Positions 44,968 to 52,621 of a DNA stretch of 60,087 nucleotides are shown here, one piece after another. A program made the position numbers and the translations under genes. A model generated the notes under the pieces. That model did no database searches and was not told the origin of the DNA. It saw only the letters and a list, made by a program, of their open reading frames with translations. Location: IMG/VR virus record IMGVR_UViG_3300045988_173323; one strand, written 5' to 3'. The DNA is from a virus. Numbering within the stretch: position 1 is the first letter of the stretch; each line of letters opens with the position of its first letter.

Positions 44968-46560
44968 ATGTTAGGAAGTTTTTATGGAGGTAAACCAGGA
45001 GTTTCCTTTATCATTGTAAAGAGTTATTTGTCTATTGAGGCAATGAAAAATGATTTTAGACAAGGTCCGCTTTTTAGTGAAGTTACTTTTGGGGAATATG
45101 TTTTAATTAACACTGAGAACAAAAATGATCCTGATAATGGAAAGATTTTTAGAAGAGGATTAAATTATACTGATACGAAAACTGCGGGAGCTATTTATGT
45201 AGGTACTGTTGTTGGTCCCGCGGGAAGAGCTCCGATGCTAGAAGTTACTACTTTAGATATAATAAAAGATAAACAAAATGAAGAAGGTTTTGAATATAGA
45301 AAAGGTGAAGGCTCTTATGCCTTAAGCGGAAAAGATTTATTACCAGGTAAGGTAGATGGAGAAGACCAGTATAATGATGAAATTCAATGGGGATACTGCT
45401 CTGTTAGAAATGCAAATGGAGAAGATACTACTGCATATATTGGTTTTAAATTTCCTTATTTAGTAGTTGACTTTAAAGCTAATTCAGTTAGTCCATATTA
45501 TAATAGAAGTAATGACACAGCTAATTTTACTAATAATAATTTAGTTGAAAGAGCTGATGATAAGTCTCATCCTTTTTATGAAGAATGGGATATTAAAATT
45601 CCAAAAGGAATAAAAGGAGACTCTTTAAAGAACTTAAGAGTAATGGTTGCTGATGATTCAGTTCAATATGAAAACTTAAGTAAAAAAGCAGATGATATTG
45701 CTAATAGTAGAAAAGTACTAGTATATGATTATTATAATTATGATGCTAATGCGAATGGTGAATTAACTCCTATTTACTTAGGAGATTATAATATGATTGA
45801 AGATATCTATATAGATGGAGTAACAGGCAAGATTACTATTAATTATACACATGATGATGACTATGGTAAATTTTTACAATTTGTTAATGGAATTTCAATA
45901 GCGGAAAATGGAACTGTCACTCTTAGCTATACAGGCGGTGCTTCAGATGTAGTTTTATCTACTAAATTAAAATGGATTTCTAATGTAACGGTAAACACTG
46001 GAACTCAAGAGGGAAATGGCACTCAGAAAATCGCTGTAACTTATAATGATGGAACTTCTAGTGAAATTGGAAATCCATTAAATTATATTATGAGAATGGC
46101 GGTAAATGAAGAAAATTATCATTTGTTAATTCTTTATAGTGATCCCGCACGTAGACAAAGTTTAATTTCATCTGGACAAGCAGTTACTTATAATGGAATT
46201 CAAGGATGGTTAGATTTAGGTTCAGTAAAAGATAAGGGTGGATTATTAGTAGGTCCGCGTATAAAAATCTCAGACTTAGGATTGACAAGTAGTGCAACTA
46301 CACAACAGATTGCTGCGGCTTTAAAACGTTTATATCCAAATGGTTTTTCAGATGCAGATAAAGGAAAAGTTGCAGTTATAGAGTTTGATGAAACAATAAA
46401 AGACTATTATGGATTCGATTATGATAGTAATGAATGGTATTACATCGCAGGTTCTGCTTTAATTAATATTCCTATTGTAGTAGGTAAAGAGAATGATGCA
46501 GATATAGAATCAAAGATAAATGATTTACCTGAAGGCGGTATCTGGTTTGTAATAGACTAA
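44968..46560 (+). CDS. tail structural protein (530 aa)
   Basis: ORF track entry; an RBS (AAGGAGG) is present. Confidence 0.45.
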   Translation: MLGSFYGGKPGVSFIIVKSYLSIEAMKNDFRQGPLFSEVTFGEYVLINTENKNDPDNGKIFRRGLNYTDTKTAGAIYVGTVVGPAGRAPMLEVTTLDIIKDKQNEEGFEYRKGEGSYALSGKDLLPGKVDGEDQYNDEIQWGYCSVRNANGEDTTAYIGFKFPYLVVDFKANSVSPYYNRSNDTANFTNNNLVERADDKSHPFYEEWDIKIPKGIKGDSLKNLRVMVADDSVQYENLSKKADDIANSRKVLVYDYYNYDANANGELTPIYLGDYNMIEDIYIDGVTGKITINYTHDDDYGKFLQFVNGISIAENGTVTLSYTGGASDVVLSTKLKWISNVTVNTGTQEGNGTQKIAVTYNDGTSSEIGNPLNYIMRMAVNEENYHLLILYSDPARRQSLISSGQAVTYNGIQGWLDLGSVKDKGGLLVGPRIKISDLGLTSSATTQQIAAALKRLYPNGFSDADKGKVAVIEFDETIKDYYGFDYDSNEWYYIAGSALINIPIVVGKENDADIESKINDLPEGGIWFVID

Positions 46561-46572
46561 AGGAGTTAAAAT

Positions 46573-46863
46573 ATGAGTGATACAAGTGTTAATAAATTCT
46601 TTGGTCAGATACGAGGACCTTTTACCAAAGACCAAGAAATTATAGAATTGATTAGAACTGTGACTAACTATAGAAATTTAAGTTATTTAAAAAAAGTAGG
46701 TATTCAAACAGATGTAAGAAACGAGATAGAAATAAATGGTCATATCTTTGAAATAGGCAAAACTGGTATTTTGGAGAGCGATTATGATAATAAAATTACT
46801 TCTTTAAAATTTAAGCAGGATGTTGATGAATATACTATTGTAGATTTTATTTGTAATAAATGA
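46573..46863 (+). CDS. small tail-associated protein (96 aa)
   Basis: ORF track entry. Confidence 0.4.
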   Translation: MSDTSVNKFFGQIRGPFTKDQEIIELIRTVTNYRNLSYLKKVGIQTDVRNEIEINGHIFEIGKTGILESDYDNKITSLKFKQDVDEYTIVDFICNK

Positions 46864-46877
46864 AAGGAGTGTGTTAG

Positions 46878-47441
46878 ATGGCGGAAACAAGCAGTTCATT
46901 TAAAGTTAAACAAAAAGATGGCACTTTTAAAGATTTTAAATTTAAAGTAGATACAATAAATGTAAAGTTATCCGACCAGTATCAAGGTACTCAAGGATTG
47001 GATAATTTAGAAGATTTTTTAAAGGCTGAAAAAGAATGGACAAGTAGCGGAAATCTTAATTATGAGATCTCAGATGGTACTGTCATTAGATTGACTATTA
47101 CCCCAGCCGCGAAAAAATTAGCAAATTGTCTTTATATTTTTTCTGAGTATAATGGTCATCCTATGGAAGTAAAACAGATTCCTGTAAATATGGTAGATTA
47201 TGAAAATAAGATAATTCAATTATCCTATACCATTGTAGATCCCATTACCCATGCTATGACTATTTTTCAATATAATCTAACTTGGGAAAATGATAAAAAT
47301 ACTTTAACAGTTTCTGATGTTCGTACAGCAGAATTAAAAGTAATTATAGAATCCGATGGTAGCAAAAATTTAGATTTTCAAGTGGTAGAAGGAAAAAATA
47401 ATAAAGCTTATAGATTAAGACAATTATGCCTTTCAAGATAG
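46878..47441 (+). CDS. tail-associated protein (187 aa), last gene of the structural operon
   Basis: ORF track entry; followed by a strong terminator. Confidence 0.4.
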   Translation: MAETSSSFKVKQKDGTFKDFKFKVDTINVKLSDQYQGTQGLDNLEDFLKAEKEWTSSGNLNYEISDGTVIRLTITPAAKKLANCLYIFSEYNGHPMEVKQIPVNMVDYENKIIQLSYTIVDPITHAMTIFQYNLTWENDKNTLTVSDVRTAELKVIIESDGSKNLDFQVVEGKNNKAYRLRQLCLSR

Positions 47442-47450
47442 TAAAATGCT

Positions 47451-47495
47451 AGCCAAGAATAATATTTATTGTTATTCTTGGCTATTTTTTTGTTT
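47451..47495 (+). terminator. rho-independent terminator ending the structural operon
   Basis: An 11-bp stem GCCAAGAATAA/TTATTCTTGGC followed by T8. Confidence 0.65.
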
Positions 47496-47622
47496 TATAC
47501 AGAATTTTATATACGTACTTTTTATTTTCTTACTTTAGGAGCCAAATTTACTTTTTAAATAAATTTTAATGAAAATTTCGGGCAAAGTGTAAAATTTATT
47601 ACTAGTCATTTTTCATATACCA

Positions 47623-48132
47623 TTGCAAGGGAAAGGAGTGAAAAGTAAAATGTATCAAAATTTACAACAACTGCAAAACAGTCCTTATTACCAATACCCT
47701 TATAATCAACAATATCAACGCCTGGCACAATTAGAACAACAACAACAGATGAATACTCCATATAATACTATGGTTTCTCAAAATCAAAGTTTTTTAAAAG
47801 GTAGACCAGTAGTATCCATGGAGGAAGCCCGTGCCGCACAGATTGATTTAGATGGTTCGTTGTTTATTTTTACTGACATAGGAAATAAGAAGATTTATAC
47901 TAAACAGATAAATCTTGATGGAACTGCTACTTTGAACACTTACTCTCTTGTAGAAAATGTAGCACCAATAGAAAGTTATGTCACTAAAACTGAATTTGAA
48001 AAAGCCATCTCATCAATTAGGGAAGAAATGGTTAAAAAGGAAACATTAGAAAGGAATGTAGATAATGACTCAATTAAACAGCAACAATCTGGAACAACTA
48101 AAAAAGCAGTTTGCAAACCATCCTCTTTTTAA
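47623..48132 (+). CDS. Gln/Tyr-rich (prion-like N-terminus) protein, 169 aa
   Basis: The N-terminus reads YQNLQQLQNSPYYQYPYNQQYQRLAQLEQQQQ; an RBS (AAGGGAAAGGAG) is present. Confidence 0.45.
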   Translation: MQGKGVKSKMYQNLQQLQNSPYYQYPYNQQYQRLAQLEQQQQMNTPYNTMVSQNQSFLKGRPVVSMEEARAAQIDLDGSLFIFTDIGNKKIYTKQINLDGTATLNTYSLVENVAPIESYVTKTEFEKAISSIREEMVKKETLERNVDNDSIKQQQSGTTKKAVCKPSSF

Positions 48133-48262
48133 TAGAGCAGAACAAATGGTATCTGGAAAAACGTCAGAAGAGATAGAACAAATTGCGAAAAATTTATGCC
48201 AGCAAAGAGGAATTAATTTTGATGAAGCATGGAAAATGTTTCAACAACAATTTAGATTTTAG
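48065..48262 (+). CDS. small helical protein (65 aa) overlapping the previous gene's 3' end
   Basis: ORF track entry. The 68-nt overlap is out of frame; the RBS is weak. Confidence 0.3.
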   Translation: MTQLNSNNLEQLKKQFANHPLFNRAEQMVSGKTSEEIEQIAKNLCQQRGINFDEAWKMFQQQFRF

Positions 48263-48316
48263 CGTACAAGGCTTTTATGGAAAACAAATTATAAATTATA
48301 AAAAAGGAGATTTATT

Positions 48317-49066
48317 ATGGGAATGATGAATGATGGATTAAGTATCGCTGATGCTATGGCTTTAGCAAAAGATGGAGATTGCACTGGATTCGGCGGAAAT
48401 GGTACTTGGATTTGGGTATTTTTCTTATTTTTCTTGTTAGCTTGGGGCGGAAATGGCTTCTTTGGTAATAGAAGTGGAGTAGATAGTGCCGCAGTTCAAG
48501 GAGCTTTAACAAGAGCAGATTTATTTGAAGGATTTAACAACAGCGACGTTCAAAGACAATTACAAGGATTATCTAATGGACTTTGTGATGGATTCTACGC
48601 TCAAAACACAACTATGTTAAATGGTTTTAATACTGTTGGTAGAGAACTTTGTCAAGGTTTTGGTGGAGTTAATAGTAATATGAGTTTAGGTTTTGCAGGA
48701 ATTCAATCTGCAATTAATGATGCAAAATTTGCGGATCAGCAATGCTGCTGTGAAACGAATCGCAACATAGACGCGGTTCGCTATGAAAACTCTCGTAATA
48801 CTTGCGATATTGTAAATGCAATTCGTGAAGATGGAAATACTACAAGAGCGTTAATCAATGCTAATACAATGCAGGATTTAAGAGATAAATTAGCGGATAG
48901 AGATAGAGATCTTATGACTGCAAATTTCCAACTAAGTCAACAGGCTCAAAGTGCTAATTTGATTGGAACATTAAGACCTTATCCACAACCAGCTTACATT
49001 ACTTGCTCTCCATATGAAGCTTCCTTATTAGGAAACAGAATTTATAATGGATGCGGCTGTAATTAA
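48317..49066 (+). CDS. membrane protein with a Gly/aromatic YjcZ-like TM segment and a Cys-rich C-terminus (249 aa)
   Basis: The TM segment is GFGGNGTWIWVFFLFFLLAWGGNGFFGN. The C-terminus carries QQCCCE ... GCGCN. An RBS (AAGGAGA) is present. Confidence 0.45.
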   Translation: MGMMNDGLSIADAMALAKDGDCTGFGGNGTWIWVFFLFFLLAWGGNGFFGNRSGVDSAAVQGALTRADLFEGFNNSDVQRQLQGLSNGLCDGFYAQNTTMLNGFNTVGRELCQGFGGVNSNMSLGFAGIQSAINDAKFADQQCCCETNRNIDAVRYENSRNTCDIVNAIREDGNTTRALINANTMQDLRDKLADRDRDLMTANFQLSQQAQSANLIGTLRPYPQPAYITCSPYEASLLGNRIYNGCGCN

Positions 49067-49080
49067 TCTTAATAGAATAC

Positions 49081-49099
49081 GGGCGGAGATTCTCCGCCC
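49081..49099 (+). other. GC-rich hairpin (GGGCGGAG-ATT-CTCCGCCC) without a U-tract
   Basis: Seen directly in the intergenic region between genes 48317-49066 and 49119-49568. Confidence 0.4.
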
Positions 49100-49118
49100 A
49101 AGAAAGGAAATATAAAAT

Positions 49119-49568
49119 ATGGGATATACAATAAACAAAGCATATCAAAAAAGCGTATTAAATGCTGTATCTACTGCGACTGAAACCTTAACAACAGGAC
49201 AACTTTTACCATTTACTAATATCAATATTTTAAATGGATGCTCTATCAATTATGTTGCTGGTTCCTCTTCAATTCAATTAAAGAAACCAGGAGTCTATTT
49301 AATTAGTGTAGATGCTACCGCCGCAGAATCTGGAACCGCGGGAACTGTTACTATGCAATTACAGAAGAATGGAGTTAATGTAGAAGGGGCAAAAAGTAGC
49401 TCTAATTCCGCGGCAGTAACAGACTTTAATGGAATGTCTTTTTCAACTGTTGTCAAAGTTTTACCTTCTTGTGCTTCTATTGATAATACTACTACTTTGA
49501 CTGTATTAAATACTGGCGTAGGAACTATTTATTCTAATACTAATATAACTGTAGTTAAATTATGCTAA
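49119..49568 (+). CDS. BclA C-terminal-domain-like (C1q/TNF-like jelly-roll) protein, 149 aa
   Basis: The T/S/G/V-rich beta composition, with VYLISVDATAAESGTAGTVTMQLQKNGVNVEGA, resembles exosporium BclA-CTD. The call is by recall only. Confidence 0.4.
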   Translation: MGYTINKAYQKSVLNAVSTATETLTTGQLLPFTNINILNGCSINYVAGSSSIQLKKPGVYLISVDATAAESGTAGTVTMQLQKNGVNVEGAKSSSNSAAVTDFNGMSFSTVVKVLPSCASIDNTTTLTVLNTGVGTIYSNTNITVVKLC

Positions 49569-49583
49569 TAAGGAGGCTATATT

Positions 49584-50129
49584 ATGGCAGAAATAGTATC
49601 TCCAAAAACAATAGTGGAAAATACGAGCGAAGATATAATGATTAAGATGATGGAGCAAAATTTAGAAGGAGTAATGTTTCATTTATTTGAAACAGACTTA
49701 TATGATTTATTAAAATTACCTGGATTTAAGGCTTTACATCATCACCAATCACAAGAAGAGACTGAAACTCTTGAACTTTTAAAACATAAATATATTGAGA
49801 AATATAAAAAATTTCCAATCTTAAAAACAAAAAGTATTGACCGTTGGGAAGAAAACGAGGATTTATATAAAGATTTATCTGAAGAAAAAATTATTTCTTT
49901 AGTGAAAGAATCTATGAAACAATACGCTGATTGGGAAAGCGAAGTTTTAGAACATCTATTACAATGGAAAAGAAATGTAGAAGATAGAAAGATCGTGCAT
50001 AAAATGATAGAAGATGTCATGCAAGAGATAAAGCATATAGAAACATTAATGGACATCTTAGAAGAACATGATTATAATTATCAATGTATCTGTGAAATCT
50101 CTGATTACCTTAGTCGTAGATATAAATAA
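49584..50129 (+). CDS. hypothetical helical protein (181 aa)
   Basis: ORF track entry; an RBS (AAGGAGG) is present. Confidence 0.45.
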   Translation: MAEIVSPKTIVENTSEDIMIKMMEQNLEGVMFHLFETDLYDLLKLPGFKALHHHQSQEETETLELLKHKYIEKYKKFPILKTKSIDRWEENEDLYKDLSEEKIISLVKESMKQYADWESEVLEHLLQWKRNVEDRKIVHKMIEDVMQEIKHIETLMDILEEHDYNYQCICEISDYLSRRYK

Positions 50130-50130
50130 T

Positions 50131-50158
50131 GGGAGCTATTTAGCTCCCATATTTTTTT
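50131..50158. terminator. bidirectional rho-independent terminator at the junction of the convergent late (+) and replication (-) modules
   Basis: Stem GGGAGCTA/TAGCTCCC followed by T7 on the plus strand. It overlaps the ruvC stop on the minus strand. Confidence 0.55.
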
Positions 50159-50651
50159 ATTCCCAAATAATTTTATTATTTAAAAGAATATATGCATAAC
50201 CTATTCCTATAGCATCTGCTTCATCATCATTTACTTTAATATTAAATTTTTCTTCTACAAATCGAATATCTTCAAGCTTTAATTCTTCTCTTTTGATTCC
50301 TTTTCCTGTGCGGATTCCACATGCAGAACGCCATTCACTTGGGTATAAATATTCAATTTTTATTTGTGGAAAATTATCATGTACAGTAAAAGCTATCGCT
50401 GCTTGAAGCCACATCAAAACACGATGAGTTTGAATATTTTGCAATCCATTTTCTGGTCTAACTTCCTCCAAAATAATTTTATCTATAGAATATTTCTTTA
50501 AAATTTCAATTAGTCCTTCTATCATTTTTTTTATTCTTGCGATAACATCTTTTGAAGAAGCTGTAATACAAGTATGATAAGTTAGTTTATTGTTTTCAAA
50601 AATAGCGAATCCGCTACTCTTGGAACTTGCGTCTATTGATAATATGTTCAT
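50157..50651 (-). CDS. ruvC: RuvC-family Holliday junction resolvase
   Basis: The N-terminal ILSIDASSKSSGFAIF (RuvC ILGIDPGSRVTGYGV), DKIILEEV (DYFAIEQVF) and C-terminal DDEADAIGIGYAY (ADAADALAIA) match the catalytic acidic residues of RuvC. Confidence 0.7.
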   Translation of the reverse strand: MNILSIDASSKSSGFAIFENNKLTYHTCITASSKDVIARIKKMIEGLIEILKKYSIDKIILEEVRPENGLQNIQTHRVLMWLQAAIAFTVHDNFPQIKIEYLYPSEWRSACGIRTGKGIKREELKLEDIRFVEEKFNIKVNDDEADAIGIGYAYILLNNKIIWE

Positions 50652-50679
50652 ATTTATTCTCCTTTATTTTTCTATCTAA

Positions 50680-50708
50680 ATTATAACATATTATTCTAAT
50701 TCTGTCAA
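50680..50708 (-). promoter_or_regulatory. consensus sigma70 promoter (TTGACA-17-TATAAT) for ruvC
   Basis: Minus-strand reading: TTGACA (RC of 50703-50708), a 17-bp spacer, TATAAT (RC of 50680-50685), then the RBS AAAGGAGAA. Confidence 0.5.
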
Positions 50709-50720
50709 ATTTTATTTAAA

Positions 50721-50759
50721 CAAAAAAAATAGAGTATATAAAATATATTATATACTCTA
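50721..50759 (-). terminator. rho-independent terminator after the dUTPase gene
   Basis: Stem TAGAGTATATA/TATATACTCTA followed on the minus strand by U8. Confidence 0.55.
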
Positions 50760-50766
50760 CTTAATA

Positions 50767-51210
50767 TTATTTAGAACCGGTAGAACCAAAGCCTCCTGTC
50801 CCTCTATCGGTATTCGTGAGAGAGTCAGCTTCTTCGAAAATAACTGGAATGAAAGGCATAATAATCAGTTGTGCTATTCTTTCTCCAGCCTCTACTACCA
50901 TTGTTTTATCAGAATCATTATGAACGGCTACAATATACTCACCCCGGTAGTCTGAGTCACAAACGCCAACGCAGTTAGCTGGACGTAATCCTTTTTTCGT
51001 AGCCAATCCGCTTCTCGCGAAAATGGCTCCAAAAGTATTTTCCTCTAATTCAATAGCAAGTCCCGTACCTATTTTTACAGTTTTGTGAGGAGGAATTTCT
51101 ATATCATATGCGGTCGCCGCGTATAAATCATAGCCTGCGGCATACTCACTTCCGCGAGTAGGAATTTTCGCTAAATCATTTAAACGCTTTATTTTTATTT
51201 TATTTGCCAT
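50767..51210 (-). CDS. dut: dUTP diphosphatase (dUTPase)
   Basis: All five dUTPase motifs are present: AGYDL, RSGLA, GVCDSDYRGE, GERIAQL and RGTGGFGSTG. Confidence 0.9.
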   Translation of the reverse strand: MANKIKIKRLNDLAKIPTRGSEYAAGYDLYAATAYDIEIPPHKTVKIGTGLAIELEENTFGAIFARSGLATKKGLRPANCVGVCDSDYRGEYIVAVHNDSDKTMVVEAGERIAQLIIMPFIPVIFEEADSLTNTDRGTGGFGSTGSK

Positions 51211-51461
51211 TAAAAAGCTCCTTTTTTAGTATATTCAATGTCAATCTCACTATCTGGCTCTTGTTCATTATTAAAAAGTTTTACAACTTCAAAACGAATC
51301 CATTCATCAATGATTTCGCCTTTTGATTTTTTTTCTTTTTTGGTACTACTATATTTAGCTACCGTAAAATGCGGATCAGCTTTTAATTCTTTAAGAAAAT
51401 CTTCTACTTCTCTTTCATTACTTAATCTATATGTTTCTACTACTTTTGTTAAATATCTCAT
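51210..51461 (-). CDS. hypothetical protein (83 aa)
   Basis: ORF track entry; start/stop overlap with dut. Confidence 0.45.
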   Translation of the reverse strand: MRYLTKVVETYRLSNEREVEDFLKELKADPHFTVAKYSSTKKEKKSKGEIIDEWIRFEVVKLFNNEQEPDSEIDIEYTKKGAF

Positions 51462-51472
51462 TATAATTCTCC

Positions 51473-51730
51473 CTAAATTAAATTAATTTGAATTGAGTTT
51501 TTATTATATTTAGAAAATTCTGCTTCTTTAATTTTTTTACTAATGCCTTTTGTATATTGCTTAGGTCCAGTCAAGTCTACCTGAGTAATATTATACTTTT
51601 CTACAAAAGTAAAGATGGTATCGTTTACTTCATCTATTGTAGGATAAGCCATATCAATTTTATTACCATTTTCATAAACGTAAAAGCTTTGTTCCAAATC
51701 AAAAGGTCTTAATATTCCAATTATTTTCAT
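51473..51730 (-). CDS. hypothetical protein (85 aa)
   Basis: ORF track entry. Confidence 0.45.
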   Translation of the reverse strand: MKIIGILRPFDLEQSFYVYENGNKIDMAYPTIDEVNDTIFTFVEKYNITQVDLTGPKQYTKGISKKIKEAEFSKYNKNSIQINLI

Positions 51731-51731
51731 A

Positions 51732-52100
51732 TTACACCTCTATAATAGCTTCATCATATGGAAATAAATAATAGCAGTATGCATCATTATTCGTTTTAAT
51801 CCAAATTTCAAAAGCTTCTTGTATTTCGTCTACTTTACTAATGCCTAAAATTTCTCCTCTATTGAGTAAACATTCTTTTAATTCTTCTGTTGCCTTTTCC
51901 GCGGAAGCATGATTGTTTATTTTAAAAATAGTGTAATCCTTTGCTTCATTGCAAAGTAGCATAAAATACATTTTATTATTTTTAAAAAATTTAGTTACCT
52001 GTTTTAATTTATTAGTTAAAGCAGGATAAGAAAGTTTTTTTTCTTTTTTCATAAGATTTTTATTAATCTCATATAAAGTTCCTAAACTAATTTCTCCCAT
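51732..52100 (-). CDS. hypothetical protein (122 aa)
   Basis: ORF track entry. Confidence 0.45.
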   Translation of the reverse strand: MGEISLGTLYEINKNLMKKEKKLSYPALTNKLKQVTKFFKNNKMYFMLLCNEAKDYTIFKINNHASAEKATEELKECLLNRGEILGISKVDEIQEAFEIWIKTNNDAYCYYLFPYDEAIIEV

Positions 52101-52135
52101 ATTTCTTACTCCTTTTAATTATAATATATTTTTAT

Positions 52136-52621
52136 TTAAAAGTCAATTCCTTTTTTTAATATTCGTTGATTACGACTACCCCTCCAAGACAGCCCATATT
52201 CATATTCGTCCTGTTTAAATTGTCCATCTATTAGGATATCTACATATTCTAATATTGGCAAATTTTTAATATCTTCTAAGACAAAACCAGTCCAAAGCCA
52301 TATTGTTTTATCTGGAAAATTTTTCTTAAAATTAACACATAATTTAGTAACAGTATTTAGATTATATTGACTTAAAGGTTCTCCGCCCAAAATTGATATT
52401 CCACTGATATGTTCGTTAATAGAATTAAAAATTTCTTGTTCTTTTGTTTCAGTATACTCTTCTCCATAATTAGGATTCTGTAATTTATAATTAAAACATC
52501 CTTTACAATGGAAATCACATCCAGAAAAAAAGATAGCGGTTCTTAGCCCTTCTCCATTTGATATGCAATATTTTTTAATCTTTGCTATATTAGCCATATT
52601 ATTCTTCCTCTTCTGGATCAA
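52136..52621 (-). CDS. nrdG: anaerobic ribonucleoside-triphosphate reductase activating protein (radical SAM)
   Basis: The CDFHCKGC cluster (C-x3-C-x2-C) follows GEGLRTAIFFSGC. It overlaps the nrdD 3' end. Confidence 0.85.
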   Translation of the reverse strand: MIQKRKNNMANIAKIKKYCISNGEGLRTAIFFSGCDFHCKGCFNYKLQNPNYGEEYTETKEQEIFNSINEHISGISILGGEPLSQYNLNTVTKLCVNFKKNFPDKTIWLWTGFVLEDIKNLPILEYVDILIDGQFKQDEYEYGLSWRGSRNQRILKKGIDF

